DNA of 64,000 nucleotides from IMG/VR virus record IMGVR_UViG_3300029305_002015, positions 1 to 64,000 of that record. The stretch is one strand, 5' to 3'. Origin of the DNA: a virus. Its lineage: Duplodnaviria > Caudoviricetes. Shown piece after piece: positions 9,606 through 20,320 of this stretch. The translations under genes and the position numbers were made by a program. Each line of letters starts with the position of its first letter. Positions within the stretch are counted from its first letter, which is position 1. Below the pieces are notes generated by a model. The model was not told where the DNA came from and searched no databases. It worked only from the letters and a program-made list of their open reading frames with translations.

Positions 9606-11456
9606 TTAGGGATTAGCAGGGAATACGGGAGTGCTCCAAGGAGCGCCAGTCACAGGAGGACGAGCGGGAGCAGTACCATAAACGCGATCAGAGTTCAGCA
9701 TGATCAGGTTAGCCTGGATACCCTGGACAGCCATGGTATGGAAGCGGCTGGTAGCGGTTACGATGTTGTAAGCGCCGCCAGGAGCAGTAGTGGACTGATA
9801 AGCAGTCTGAGACTGGCTGGTGAGCAGGTGGCTGGTGTACTTCAGATGACGGAAGGAAATGTGCTCAGCAGAAGTAGGATAGCCATATATGTGGAGGATC
9901 AGCTCACGAGCACCAGTGGTGTCAACAGCATCAACGGTATAGGCATCATAGAGGTTGGTGGCAACAACGCGAACGTTAGCACCAAGATCAGTACCGAAAC
10001 CATAGGAGTTGTTAACAGAGATACCACCGATGGAAGCACCATTCTGAGCCTTCCACTGAACAAACTCAGAGATCAGCTGAGTAGCCATGGGGTTACCAAC
10101 GATTACAAAGCTGAGGTCATCCAGCTTGGTCAGCTCGAGGATCTGATGGATGATGCTCTTCAGGCGGAACTGGATAGCAGTGCTGATGTACTTGAAGGGG
10201 TCACCAGCGAAGTAAGCAGGAGGATTCAGGTCAACAGTATAAGTCTGAGCCATGGACTCCAGCTTATAGATGTCAGTCTGAACACCATTGTACTTAGCGA
10301 ACTCGTCATTCAGGAACTTGATAACGGTCATGCACTCGTTCATTTCCTGAGTACGGACGATTTCATCAACCATGCGGTTGTAGTAGTTCATGTCGAGCAG
10401 AGCTGCGGCATCTTCAATCTCCTCAATGGAGAAAGGCATATTCCAACGAGCACCATCCTCGATGGTGAAACGCAGAATGTCGCGCTTCTCACGAACAGAG
10501 ATGCTGCGCAGGTTCTTCTCATTGGACAGATAACCAGAGAAGACAACGCCAGTAACCTGACCAGAAGCAGAGGACATGGAGATGGTACCATTCTTGAAGT
10601 CAACCTGACCAGACAGAGTATCCTCAATCTGAGTACCATTGTAGTTGAAGTTCAGATCACCATTGACCAGAGTGCCGTTGGTGGAGAACTCAACAGTGAT
10701 GCCGTTGCCAGGCAGACGAATAACGTCAGCACCAACCTGAACACCGATGATCTTGAACTGGAAGGACAGCTTGTCAACACCAGGAGTACCATCAGTTAGC
10801 TCACCAATGATATCATACTTCCACAGACGACCATCAGTCAGAGGTACAACTTCCTCACGGATCTTGTGGCCCTTAGAAGCATTCCACAGAGCTTCCCAGG
10901 TACCATCAAACAGGCACTTAGGATACTCATACTCATCACCAGTCTGATTGTCTACCATGTAAGTAGTACGAATGTGCTTGGTGATGTTAGGAGACTTAAC
11001 AGCCTCAACCTCGATAATATCCTTCAGGATAGAGCTGAAGAACTGCTTAACCAGAACAGGGAACTCCAGAGTTGCGATAGGCAGGAAGCCAGCCATAGAA
11101 GCAGACTCAGTGTAGGACTTAACCTTAGTATCCCAGAACATATTGACGTTGTCAATAACACTCTGGACGTGGGGATCGTTGGGGGACATCTCACGGAAAG
11201 CCTCAAATACAGGCTCCATCAGATCAGCCTTGTACTGCTCCATGAAGGAACGGTCGGCCATCATAGCCTTCATGTCACGCTTAATGTCGATGCCATGATG
11301 CTCTTTGTAGGATTCATACAGATCATTGAAACGTTCATCGAAAGTCTTGGTTCCATCCTCCTGGAAAGCCCGGAAAGAACTTCTCTGAGGCTGGTAACCG
11401 TTGTGATTGCGCTCGCTGGCAGATTCATAGAACCAGCTTACATTGCTTTTAGCCAT
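9606..11456 (-). CDS. Major capsid protein precursor
   Basis: 616 aa, strongest codon bias in the window, N-terminal propeptide-like region ending near YTESASMAGFLPIATLEFP, head-gene context; fits jumbo-phage MCPs. Confidence 0.75.
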   Translation of the reverse strand: MAKSNVSWFYESASERNHNGYQPQRSSFRAFQEDGTKTFDERFNDLYESYKEHHGIDIKRDMKAMMADRSFMEQYKADLMEPVFEAFREMSPNDPHVQSVIDNVNMFWDTKVKSYTESASMAGFLPIATLEFPVLVKQFFSSILKDIIEVEAVKSPNITKHIRTTYMVDNQTGDEYEYPKCLFDGTWEALWNASKGHKIREEVVPLTDGRLWKYDIIGELTDGTPGVDKLSFQFKIIGVQVGADVIRLPGNGITVEFSTNGTLVNGDLNFNYNGTQIEDTLSGQVDFKNGTISMSSASGQVTGVVFSGYLSNEKNLRSISVREKRDILRFTIEDGARWNMPFSIEEIEDAAALLDMNYYNRMVDEIVRTQEMNECMTVIKFLNDEFAKYNGVQTDIYKLESMAQTYTVDLNPPAYFAGDPFKYISTAIQFRLKSIIHQILELTKLDDLSFVIVGNPMATQLISEFVQWKAQNGASIGGISVNNSYGFGTDLGANVRVVATNLYDAYTVDAVDTTGARELILHIYGYPTSAEHISFRHLKYTSHLLTSQSQTAYQSTTAPGGAYNIVTATSRFHTMAVQGIQANLIMLNSDRVYGTAPARPPVTGAPWSTPVFPANP

Positions 11457-11530
11457 AGTAGCATATCTCCTTTACTAATTATTTTTTGAAATTCTACGCC
11501 TGAATTTTCTTGGTAGATTTACATGATGGT

Positions 11531-12145
11531 TTACCCTATTGTCTTAATTCCTTTCTTGACATTACTATCAAAAACATCATTAAGCAACTTCAGCAAGTTC
11601 AAGCACTTGTTAAAGAATAGTAGGTTTTTTGAGTAATTCTCATTGAGAAAAGAATTCTTTAGGTAAAGACGAATGTTTTCATCGAGTTTCTTCAAGGATT
11701 CTACAATATCAAGTGAGTCAGCAGATAGTGTATGCAAGATATCACTATTATTTTTGATCATAGTCAATTGCCCACCAATTGTATTTAATAATGACAGATA
11801 TCTTTGATAAAGATTCATATTCATTATCGCAGATATCTTTTCATCTAATCCTAAATTCTTTAATTTATCGTCAGGATTTTCTTCTGCCCCTTCTTCTGGC
11901 ATATCACCTGAAAAATCATCTTCACCCATTTCATCAGGCATGTCGGGAGGACCATCATCTGCACCACCTGCATCTCCACCATCAGTACCAAAGTCATCAG
12001 GTGGCATATCCATATCTGGCGGTGCTGCATCGTTTTCAGCTCCTGCTGGGACATCAGGTGGAGTTTGATCTACCATATCAGGTGGGACCTCATCTCCTGG
12101 TGCCTCAAATAGGAACCTCTCAAAGATGTTATTGTTATCAGCCAT
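11531..12145 (-). CDS. Acidic head/scaffold-like protein
   Basis: D/P/G-rich N-half (PPD repeats) and helical C-half; immediately upstream of the capsid gene; FLFEA motif. Confidence 0.45.
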   Translation of the reverse strand: MADNNNIFERFLFEAPGDEVPPDMVDQTPPDVPAGAENDAAPPDMDMPPDDFGTDGGDAGGADDGPPDMPDEMGEDDFSGDMPEEGAEENPDDKLKNLGLDEKISAIMNMNLYQRYLSLLNTIGGQLTMIKNNSDILHTLSADSLDIVESLKKLDENIRLYLKNSFLNENYSKNLLFFNKCLNLLKLLNDVFDSNVKKGIKTIG

Positions 12146-12185
12146 AATCCCTACTATTCACCTCCTTTCCTGCGTAAGAAGCCAC

Positions 12186-14879
12186 TTAAATCATCTTCCG
12201 CATATGTCTGTCTCCTCCAACTCGAATAAGCTTCTTATTTAATTCGTTCTTGAATCTCATAAGCTTATATTTGGCAGCATTATCACCTTTGCTATCCGCA
12301 TCTTTGATTTTCTCATCAATGATGGCCATCTCTGTTTTGATCTCACCAATCATTTCATTTCGGATACGCATCATACGTTTATTTTTACCAAACTTTAGAG
12401 AAATAGAAAGGAACATAAACACAGGATTGAATAGTAGACCAGCTTTCATTAGTGATCCAGTTTTAATAGACCATCTAATTGCAGAGAATAGATTGTTCCT
12501 AGTTTGAGGATCAGCCATCTTCTCTTTCATCTTAGTTTCGTCTGCGTCTTTCCAGTCAGTAATAATTTTATTTACCCAAGCCTTAGATCTATTAAGTGGC
12601 TTCATAGCGGCTCTACCAGCATTTTGGACATCTTGGATAGCTTTCTTAGCTTTTTGCTGGCCTTTCATTAGCCCCTTATCAATATCCATTAAAGTATCTC
12701 TTATAGGGTGATCTGACTTAGGCTTGTTATCATCAGCATCACCAACTTCTTCAACAAATGGTTTTGATTCAAAAGATAAATTCAAATCCCAAGGATTTGT
12801 AGATTCTCCAACCTTATCTTCAGGTTTCTCATCTTCATCAATTTCCGGTTCAAGAGTATTAGTATTATGACTATTCATAGTCTTAGAATGGTCATCTTTT
12901 GTTACAGAATGATTATCTCTAACACTATTATCCTTGTTGAAAGAATTACTATTCTTATTCAAGGAATTAGTGTAAGTGTAATAATAGTTATTGATAACTC
13001 TCTTATCATCCTCGGATACAGATTTTCCAGAAGTACGATTATCGTCATCATCAGATGTATGGAATGCAGATGGTAAATTCAACTGAGAACCAGCTTTATC
13101 ATCTGCAGAAGGTCTCTTATAATCATCTAATGTTGGCTCTGTAGGAGGAGTAACATTTTTCTTCTTAGTGCTATCCTCTTCACCATAATCAATATCATGG
13201 TTATTAGAAAGATAAGCAGGAATTTCACCAGTCTTCTTATTACGAGTGTTAACTACAGACAATGATTCATTGAAGTTTTTCTGGATAAAGGATTTAGCAT
13301 CCATGTAGAGATATAGACTGCATACAATATAACCAGATTCTTCAATAGCTTTATATTGTTTATCAATCCATTTATTGTATGCATCGTCATCTTCATCATC
13401 ATAATCTCCAGGATACTCTTCAGGGCCACCTTCACATATACCAGCTCTAGTATAGATTGACCACAGTCCACCAGAATCATCTCCAGGAAGATCATCATTA
13501 CTTTTAGAAAGGCCAAATTTGATGTTAGGATCAATCTTATTAAGTTTCTTAGTAAGAGCCTCAACATCAGATTCTTTAATTAAACCAGTAATGATATCAT
13601 CAGTAGTAAGTAACAACTTATCACCTACAGACTTATCACCATTTAGATTATATGTGAAATAAGCAGATAATTCATCAGGGAGTCTATAAAAATCATCATA
13701 GGTATCATATTTATAGAATGGATTGATAAGATCTTTTTTGTTTTTAGAGAAGATTGAGTTAAAAGCTGTCTTAGCTTTTTCAAGATATTCTTTAGTAGAT
13801 TTAACTTTCTTCCCAGTGATTTCAGATAAATCTGCTAAAATCCTTTTCTTGAATTTACTATTGGCAACTTTACAGCTAACCATCCCAGCTATGAAAAGAG
13901 GTGCGATAAATATAATAGGAGCTGCTAATAGACCAACTGCAATACCAGCACCTACTCCTTCAGTTAGTACATCCTCTTCAATCTCTCCTTCAGGATCAAG
14001 GACTCCATCAAGCATTTCATATAGGCTATAAATCTCACGTTGAATATCTTCAGTTGCCTCATGTAATTCATCAGCCCATGTAAGTTGATATTCTTTAAAT
14101 GAAATTAGATCTCTAATAGATTCAATATCACTTTCAGTATACTCAACTTCAATATCTTCCTGATTAAGAATTACACTTTCACGGAAAGCTTGATGCTCAC
14201 GTTTCTTAACATTATCTACTACTGCAGATACAGAGTTGGCCCTAAACTGCTCGAGAATTTCTACTGGACGATTCTCAATCGAAATATCTTTAGATACTGT
14301 GAGTAACCACTCGTAGATTATCTTAGAATTTTGATCATACTTACCACTGACATATTCGAGTACGGTGCGCACTGCTTTCTCACCCATCATATCAGCAGTA
14401 ATAATTGCATCTGGAATAGCACCTTCACCAAAGTGTGTAATCATTCCAGCAATCAATCTATTATTTTGGAATCCTTTTTCATTCTTACGATAATAGGTTG
14501 ATACATAATTAGGTTTCATTTCAGAACTATAATTTTCATACATCATGAAACAATTGATATACTTAGATCTGAAATTTTCAAGATAGTTAACCATTTCATT
14601 ATAACCAGATGCATCCTTATTATAAACTTCACATTTACGAATGCATTCAGTTATAACATCCATTATCGGTTCATAACAAGCAATAGGTAAACCATTCTGT
14701 TCAATGAAGGGTTTAAGCGTATCTAAACCGATAGAAGATGAAATGATATATTCTAATTGTGTGACATAACCATTAGGATCATCTTTGATGAGTTCCTGAA
14801 TGGCTTCTGAATAAGCAGAAATATCTGCTGGTTTCCCACTGGATTTAGCAGTGAGATATAAGGATTTAATATCTTTCAT
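12186..14879 (-). CDS. Putative virion head protein (897 aa)
   Basis: Long ORF in the head operon; repeated x-x-E-[SAG] motifs, low-complexity linker, basic helical C-terminus. Confidence 0.5.
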   Translation of the reverse strand: MKDIKSLYLTAKSSGKPADISAYSEAIQELIKDDPNGYVTQLEYIISSSIGLDTLKPFIEQNGLPIACYEPIMDVITECIRKCEVYNKDASGYNEMVNYLENFRSKYINCFMMYENYSSEMKPNYVSTYYRKNEKGFQNNRLIAGMITHFGEGAIPDAIITADMMGEKAVRTVLEYVSGKYDQNSKIIYEWLLTVSKDISIENRPVEILEQFRANSVSAVVDNVKKREHQAFRESVILNQEDIEVEYTESDIESIRDLISFKEYQLTWADELHEATEDIQREIYSLYEMLDGVLDPEGEIEEDVLTEGVGAGIAVGLLAAPIIFIAPLFIAGMVSCKVANSKFKKRILADLSEITGKKVKSTKEYLEKAKTAFNSIFSKNKKDLINPFYKYDTYDDFYRLPDELSAYFTYNLNGDKSVGDKLLLTTDDIITGLIKESDVEALTKKLNKIDPNIKFGLSKSNDDLPGDDSGGLWSIYTRAGICEGGPEEYPGDYDDEDDDAYNKWIDKQYKAIEESGYIVCSLYLYMDAKSFIQKNFNESLSVVNTRNKKTGEIPAYLSNNHDIDYGEEDSTKKKNVTPPTEPTLDDYKRPSADDKAGSQLNLPSAFHTSDDDDNRTSGKSVSEDDKRVINNYYYTYTNSLNKNSNSFNKDNSVRDNHSVTKDDHSKTMNSHNTNTLEPEIDEDEKPEDKVGESTNPWDLNLSFESKPFVEEVGDADDNKPKSDHPIRDTLMDIDKGLMKGQQKAKKAIQDVQNAGRAAMKPLNRSKAWVNKIITDWKDADETKMKEKMADPQTRNNLFSAIRWSIKTGSLMKAGLLFNPVFMFLSISLKFGKNKRMMRIRNEMIGEIKTEMAIIDEKIKDADSKGDNAAKYKLMRFKNELNKKLIRVGGDRHMRKMI

Positions 14880-14946
14880 AGCTCATTCCAACCTCATTTC
14901 TAAAAGATTTGTTTATAAGTTATTACTTGGTGAAGGAGAGTAACGC

Positions 14947-16713
14947 ATGGCGAAGAATAGTAAAAATAAACCCACCAGTTTGACTAAAGCCAAAGATGTT
15001 AAAATGGATAAGATCGGAGTATTCTTTAAACGATCTACCTTAAAATCTATTGTTAAAATTCTTACAATGGAACATAATGGCTTTAGAAGTTTCAAGACAG
15101 TTAAAAATATAAACCGTCTATTTACGAATATTGATATGTCCAAATATAAGAATAATCATGAATTGGAATCATATATTTGGGTCATTAATTATATATCGAA
15201 GCAATGGCTTGATGGCGTCATGGATGTTGAAAATATAATTGCCATGGCTAAACGTCAACCGGATTTTGATAATATAAAAAATGACATTATTACATCGTGT
15301 AAGGATGATCCTAATATTATCTCTGCAATGGATGCAAAAGTAATATTTGATATGGTTGCAGAAGCACTTCAATATGGATATATTACATCGATGAAAGAAG
15401 AGTATATCAACTTACTTGATGATATTAGCTTAGATGATCCAGGAGCATTTCGTCAATTAGTTGATAGATTATTTATGGTATCTCAATCATTATTAGATAT
15501 CAAACATAGTACAAATATGATGACTAACAAAGTTGAATTTAATACTGCAGATTTAGATTCAGTTAGAGTTTCAATTAGTCAAACTATTGGATCTTTAAAG
15601 TCTGCAAATAATATTTTCAAGACTGGAATTAAAAGACTCAATACATTATTATCTCCTGGATATATGAACGGTAAACTTTATACATATCTAGGATTGCCAT
15701 CTAGTGGTAAATCATTATTGTTATTGAAGTCTGCATTAGATATAAGAAAGTATAATCCTGAATATAAGTCTAAGACTCCTGGAATGAAACCAGCTGTATT
15801 ATATGTAACCATGGAGAATACTTTCACAGAAACAATTGAAAGAATTTGGAATATGTCATTTGATGAACCTATTATTGACTTTCCTGAAGAAGTAGCAATG
15901 GAAAAACTTTGTAAGGAATTGGGAATTGATAGAATTCTGAAAGATGATGTTGAGGCTCATATTATCAATGATGAAGGTGAAAAAGAAAAGACACTTGATG
16001 CGTTATTAGTAGAAGAAAATAGTAATACTCCTAATGGAAAAACGAATATTGAAATTGTCATGCAGTATTATCCATATCGATCTATTAGTACTGATGACTT
16101 ATTTACAATTATTCAAGATTTAAGAGATGAAAATCTAGAAGTTTGTGCATTGGTATTTGACTATATAAAACGAATTGAACCTGCAACTCCAGCAGCAGAT
16201 AATGTAAAACTTGAGTTAAATAGAATCATCAATGAACTTAAAGCACTAGCTGTCATTTCTGATATCCCAGTTATCACTGCTCACCAGATGAATAGAGCTG
16301 CAGCAGCAACGGTTGACGCAGCAGCACGTCAAGGTAAAGGGGATACTAATAAACTTGTTGGTCGTGAGAATGTCGGGGATGCCTGGGAAGTTATTGAGAC
16401 ATCAGACTGGGCAGCAGTACTTAATAGTGAATATAAGCCAGGTACGGATGAAAAGTATATGACTATTAATGTAGTCAAAAGAAGACGTATCGATATGGCT
16501 GATTCTGAAATGGAACGTTATACTTATCTTGCTCATCCATTTGCGAAGAATAATGGTTTAAGACTTATTGATGATATTTATCTTGGAAAGATTTTATCAC
16601 TCAAGAGTCTTACTTCTGATATTGATATAGTTGGTAAAGAAAAAGCTAATGCCGTTCCTAGATTAAAAAGTATGGATCAACATGACTTCATTGAATATGA
16701 AGAAGAGTATTAA
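14947..16713 (+). CDS. Replicative DnaB-like (SF4) helicase
   Basis: Walker A GLPSSGKS, LYVTMEN, VFDYI (Walker B), PVITAHQMNR. Confidence 0.88.
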   Translation: MAKNSKNKPTSLTKAKDVKMDKIGVFFKRSTLKSIVKILTMEHNGFRSFKTVKNINRLFTNIDMSKYKNNHELESYIWVINYISKQWLDGVMDVENIIAMAKRQPDFDNIKNDIITSCKDDPNIISAMDAKVIFDMVAEALQYGYITSMKEEYINLLDDISLDDPGAFRQLVDRLFMVSQSLLDIKHSTNMMTNKVEFNTADLDSVRVSISQTIGSLKSANNIFKTGIKRLNTLLSPGYMNGKLYTYLGLPSSGKSLLLLKSALDIRKYNPEYKSKTPGMKPAVLYVTMENTFTETIERIWNMSFDEPIIDFPEEVAMEKLCKELGIDRILKDDVEAHIINDEGEKEKTLDALLVEENSNTPNGKTNIEIVMQYYPYRSISTDDLFTIIQDLRDENLEVCALVFDYIKRIEPATPAADNVKLELNRIINELKALAVISDIPVITAHQMNRAAAATVDAAARQGKGDTNKLVGRENVGDAWEVIETSDWAAVLNSEYKPGTDEKYMTINVVKRRRIDMADSEMERYTYLAHPFAKNNGLRLIDDIYLGKILSLKSLTSDIDIVGKEKANAVPRLKSMDQHDFIEYEEEY

Positions 16714-16720
16714 AATGTAT

Positions 16721-16756
16721 AAATACACGGCCCAGTTGACGGGCCGTGTATTTTTT
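16721..16756 (+). terminator. Intrinsic terminator
   Basis: AAATACACGGCCC-agttgac-GGGCCGTGTATTT with T tract after the helicase gene. Confidence 0.85.
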
Positions 16757-16830
16757 ATGTAAAATTATATATTCTTATAATGTAGGAAGTAGAGTAATTC
16801 GTCTCAAAAAACAAAAGAAAGGTGGTAACG

Positions 16831-18252
16831 ATGCATTCCTCTACAATGTTTATTCGCGGCCAAGTTTGGTATTGGGAAGATCCAATGTTCGGAAGAAAAG
16901 AAAACAAATCACATGTCACTATCGGTGAAGCAACGATCAGATACAATAGATATTGTATCATAGCACAGACAACAGAAACTATTTCCAACAATACTGTATT
17001 GGTCATTCCTTGTAGCTCTACTAACAACACACCCCACGATGTGAAGGTACCTTTGGCTCATACCTTCAGAGAAAATTTCACTTATGCCAAAACCAGATCA
17101 ATGTTCCCCGTTCACCCGAAGTTCCTTAATCGTTATATCTGTACCCTTCCATCAGAGGTGATGAATCAGATTGACGCAGAACTAATCAAGCTTCTATTTC
17201 CTGCAATCACTGCTAACATGGATGATGATCATATCAAATCTACTCTTGGAATTGATATGGCTTTATCTCCTGAGGTTAAAGTTGAAAGCAGAGATATTGG
17301 AGTATTGATCAGATCTTTCATGAAAGAACATATCGAGCGTGCGGATGAAAGTTCTGTCGTATTCCCGAGGGAGTTAAAAGATGCATTTGATCAATACTGT
17401 GTCATCAACCAAATCCCTGTGATTGAAGATATTGTTGAGTTTCTGGACTCCTTTACATACATCGTGAATGGATGTTCTTATAACTTGACGGATCGATTCA
17501 ATTACAATAGTATGGAGTTCAAGGGTATCAAGATTAAGGACAACTTCAAACTTTCTATTGACGTTAATGTCGAGGATCCATCAGAACCTGATTTACAAAA
17601 GCCTCGTAGGTGGACTGATGAAAGTGTGATGGAGTTCTTGAAGTTCTACCATGATCATGATATCATGGAGGTCTATGAGAAGTTCAACATTAGACCGAAC
17701 ACCGCTAGAAGCTATTGGGCTAAATGGAAAGACCGTCTTCCAGTAATCGAAGAAGTAGCAACTATCCCACTTCCTACAACTGCCGAGGCTAACCTCAGTG
17801 TATCCAAAGTTGCTAACATGATTCGAGACGATCTTAAAGCTGGTGATATCTTTACATGTCTCAATGAGATAAAAACCAGTAAAGGTGATAGAATGAATCA
17901 GGAAGAATTCTATGATCGTCTCGGATCAACGATCTACTTCTCCTTGATTGATTTCTTGGGGATTGTTCAGCATGACTGGAAAAATTTCTATATTCCCAAG
18001 ATTCACCAGAAGAGCAAGAACATTAAGTCATGGCACTTCTTCGATAAAGTGTATCATGACAAACGAGTGTCAGTTGAAAAGACGGGCCAGGAAATGGTCA
18101 AGAAATATGTCGAACACTATGGCGACATCAACACTGGTATCGATCGTGAGTGGATTGATAAGCTCAAGTCAAAACTCTCTAACAAATTCATGATCGATGA
18201 TGATTCCATTAACTTCATTTGCGAATGCATTAGCGAAGTTTATTGCAATTAA
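16831..18252 (+). CDS. MazF/PemK-like domain fused to a long unknown C-terminal region
   Basis: N-terminal ~125 aa RGQVWYW...RYCIIAQ...NTVLVIPCSS...YICTLPSEVMNQIDAEL fits the PemK/MazF pattern; ATG 16831 after AAAGGTGG. Confidence 0.7.
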   Translation: MHSSTMFIRGQVWYWEDPMFGRKENKSHVTIGEATIRYNRYCIIAQTTETISNNTVLVIPCSSTNNTPHDVKVPLAHTFRENFTYAKTRSMFPVHPKFLNRYICTLPSEVMNQIDAELIKLLFPAITANMDDDHIKSTLGIDMALSPEVKVESRDIGVLIRSFMKEHIERADESSVVFPRELKDAFDQYCVINQIPVIEDIVEFLDSFTYIVNGCSYNLTDRFNYNSMEFKGIKIKDNFKLSIDVNVEDPSEPDLQKPRRWTDESVMEFLKFYHDHDIMEVYEKFNIRPNTARSYWAKWKDRLPVIEEVATIPLPTTAEANLSVSKVANMIRDDLKAGDIFTCLNEIKTSKGDRMNQEEFYDRLGSTIYFSLIDFLGIVQHDWKNFYIPKIHQKSKNIKSWHFFDKVYHDKRVSVEKTGQEMVKKYVEHYGDINTGIDREWIDKLKSKLSNKFMIDDDSINFICECISEVYCN

Positions 18253-18292
18253 AAAAATAAAGGTGGGGTTTATCGCCCCACCTTTATTTTTT
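18251..18292. terminator. Bidirectional intrinsic terminator
   Basis: Exact inverted copy of the 7171-7210 terminator, between convergent genes. Confidence 0.85.
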
Positions 18293-18596
18293 ATTCAATT
18301 GGCTCATTTATGATATCAGTATCATCTACGATATCATCCCCAGGATATGGATCAATATCATCCATAGGAATTTTCTCTCCTAAGAATTCATGTTCCTCAC
18401 ATTCACTATTCACCATATTGATCAAAGCTGCAAGCATAGTAGTTCCCATTTCAGCCATGGTTTCAAAGTCCTCACGATCCTTTGCATCTAGATCAGGATC
18501 TTCTTTAATCTCCATAATATCGTGTATGAATGCTTCCAGTTTCATAGCAGCTTGCTTGCATAATCCTAATGGAAGTTTGAATTCAGTATTTTCCAT
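18291..18596 (-). CDS. Acidic hypothetical protein (101 aa)
   Basis: SD AAGGAGGT; co-oriented downstream of the SF2 helicase. Confidence 0.7.
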   Translation of the reverse strand: MENTEFKLPLGLCKQAAMKLEAFIHDIMEIKEDPDLDAKDREDFETMAEMGTTMLAALINMVNSECEEHEFLGEKIPMDDIDPYPGDDIVDDTDIINEPIE

Positions 18597-18632
18597 AACT
18601 ATAACCTCCTTTACTTCAGTTAGAATATATGA

Positions 18633-20099
18633 TTATAGATCTATTACTTTGAAGGATTTAGATTTACGCCTTAATACATCAGCACGTTCATGAGCCCATG
18701 CTCTAAGCTGAGGTACTTGAGCATCAACAATATCCCACATGTATGTATCTTTACCATCATCACGACGACGTAATCTACCAGATACCTGATCGGCAAGAAT
18801 CCATGATTTAAATTGTTCAGCTACTACAAGCTTAGATAGACCCTTAACATCAAAACCTGTACCACAAGATTTTACAGTAGAGATTAAGATATCACATTCA
18901 GCTTTAACTCTATCATTCTCAGCTTTAGAATTTCTAGAGTTAATAGTGCCTATCTTTTTATTTGGAAACATTCTCGTGATGTGATCGTATAATACATTAC
19001 AAGAAGCAATAGTCGGTGATAGTACTAACATCTTTCCATATGTAACTTCTTTATCTGCCATTTGAACTACTTTCAATACATTACGTAGGAATTTAGTCAT
19101 AGTACCATCAGATGGAATAACTAATTCAGTATATGCAGGAATACTGATACCATATCTCATCCACTTACCAGCTCTTTCAGAATATCTCATAGTAGATGAG
19201 ACTTTAGCAATCTCTTCTTTAGATAATCCAGATTTAGTCCACATCATCTTTACATGCATATGAGGTTTCATTCCATATACATTGCCCGGTTTTCTATTGA
19301 ATAGAGTTGGTTTCTTTTCTTTTTCTCTGAAGATGGCAAGATCACCAAACATCTCTTGATATAGATCATTTTCTTCCTGACCAGATCTACCAAATGTACC
19401 AGTGAGATACCAATTGTTTGCAATATTAGAATTAGCATCAACCTTGATGATATTATGAAACCACATTTGAACTTCATCAATTACTTTGATACCAAACTTA
19501 TTATCTTTCATAATCTTCTCGAGATTATAAGTTTTATTTAATACTGCAAGAGAAGCTTGACTTACAATAACAAAGTCTGCTTTAACATTAATGAAGTCTT
19601 TAGGTGTGTTTACAAGTTTAACTCGTTCCTCAGGAACCTTAAACATTTTAACTAGAGTCTCTCCCCATTGAACTTTAATACCACTAGTAGGTACAATAAT
19701 AAGAGTACGGACTCCAACCTTAATGGCAGAGTAACATGCCATAAATGTTTTACCAGTACCAGGAGATAAAATACCAGCAAGATTTCTTTTCTTATTTGCA
19801 TTCTCTAACACAAATTGAATGAAATCTATCTGTAGTTGGTTTCTAGGTTGAGCATTATGTTCTACTGGAGTAATAGCTGCATAATCCCAATATTCTTTAG
19901 AATGATCCTCAATTGGAATTCTAGGAAATGCTTTTTTAACACTCTCTTCCATTCCAGTAGGAAAACCAATCATATTGCCATCAGGATCTTTATATGCAAA
20001 TACTTTATCCATAGTACCAACTAAATCATCGAGCTTTCGCTCTTCAGCTGGTGTATAGTCTGTAAAGATTAAACGAGTTCTTTCTTTAACTATTCTCAT
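18633..20099 (-). CDS. Superfamily 2 DNA helicase (UvsW-like)
   Basis: LSPGTGKT, IDEVQ, LTGTFGR, GTGFDV, QVSGRLRR motifs. Confidence 0.88.
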   Translation of the reverse strand: MRIVKERTRLIFTDYTPAEERKLDDLVGTMDKVFAYKDPDGNMIGFPTGMEESVKKAFPRIPIEDHSKEYWDYAAITPVEHNAQPRNQLQIDFIQFVLENANKKRNLAGILSPGTGKTFMACYSAIKVGVRTLIIVPTSGIKVQWGETLVKMFKVPEERVKLVNTPKDFINVKADFVIVSQASLAVLNKTYNLEKIMKDNKFGIKVIDEVQMWFHNIIKVDANSNIANNWYLTGTFGRSGQEENDLYQEMFGDLAIFREKEKKPTLFNRKPGNVYGMKPHMHVKMMWTKSGLSKEEIAKVSSTMRYSERAGKWMRYGISIPAYTELVIPSDGTMTKFLRNVLKVVQMADKEVTYGKMLVLSPTIASCNVLYDHITRMFPNKKIGTINSRNSKAENDRVKAECDILISTVKSCGTGFDVKGLSKLVVAEQFKSWILADQVSGRLRRRDDGKDTYMWDIVDAQVPQLRAWAHERADVLRRKSKSFKVIDL

Positions 20100-20161
20100 A
20101 TTATCAACTCCTTTATCCAGATTTAAATATAGAATCGTTAATCAAACGTTTGACTGATAAC

Positions 20162-20320
20162 AGAAACAATATAGATGGGTGGTCTTATGACCACCCATCT
20201 ATACTGCACTTAGGAGGAACTGTCATCGAGCAAATCATCAAGGTCTTGGAGGTAAACGGAGGTACACATGCCGATCATATACCACTAATTATATTCCCCT
20301 TCTAATTAATGATATACTTT
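20162..20320 (-). ncRNA. Candidate small RNA with three CCUCC (anti-SD) motifs
   Basis: 15-bp hairpin (20170-20203) with a minus-strand TTGTTT tail in a divergent intergenic region with no gene to terminate; late-promoter-like TACA-N6-TA at 20320-20331. Confidence 0.4.

Noticed and set aside
9738-11489. 353-aa and 207-aa plus-strand ORFs
   Set aside because: Antisense shadows of the codon-biased capsid gene
14947-16713. Intein in the helicase (also considered for terminase)
   Set aside because: The insertion after the Walker A region is short and acidic, with no intein splice-junction or LAGLIDADG motifs
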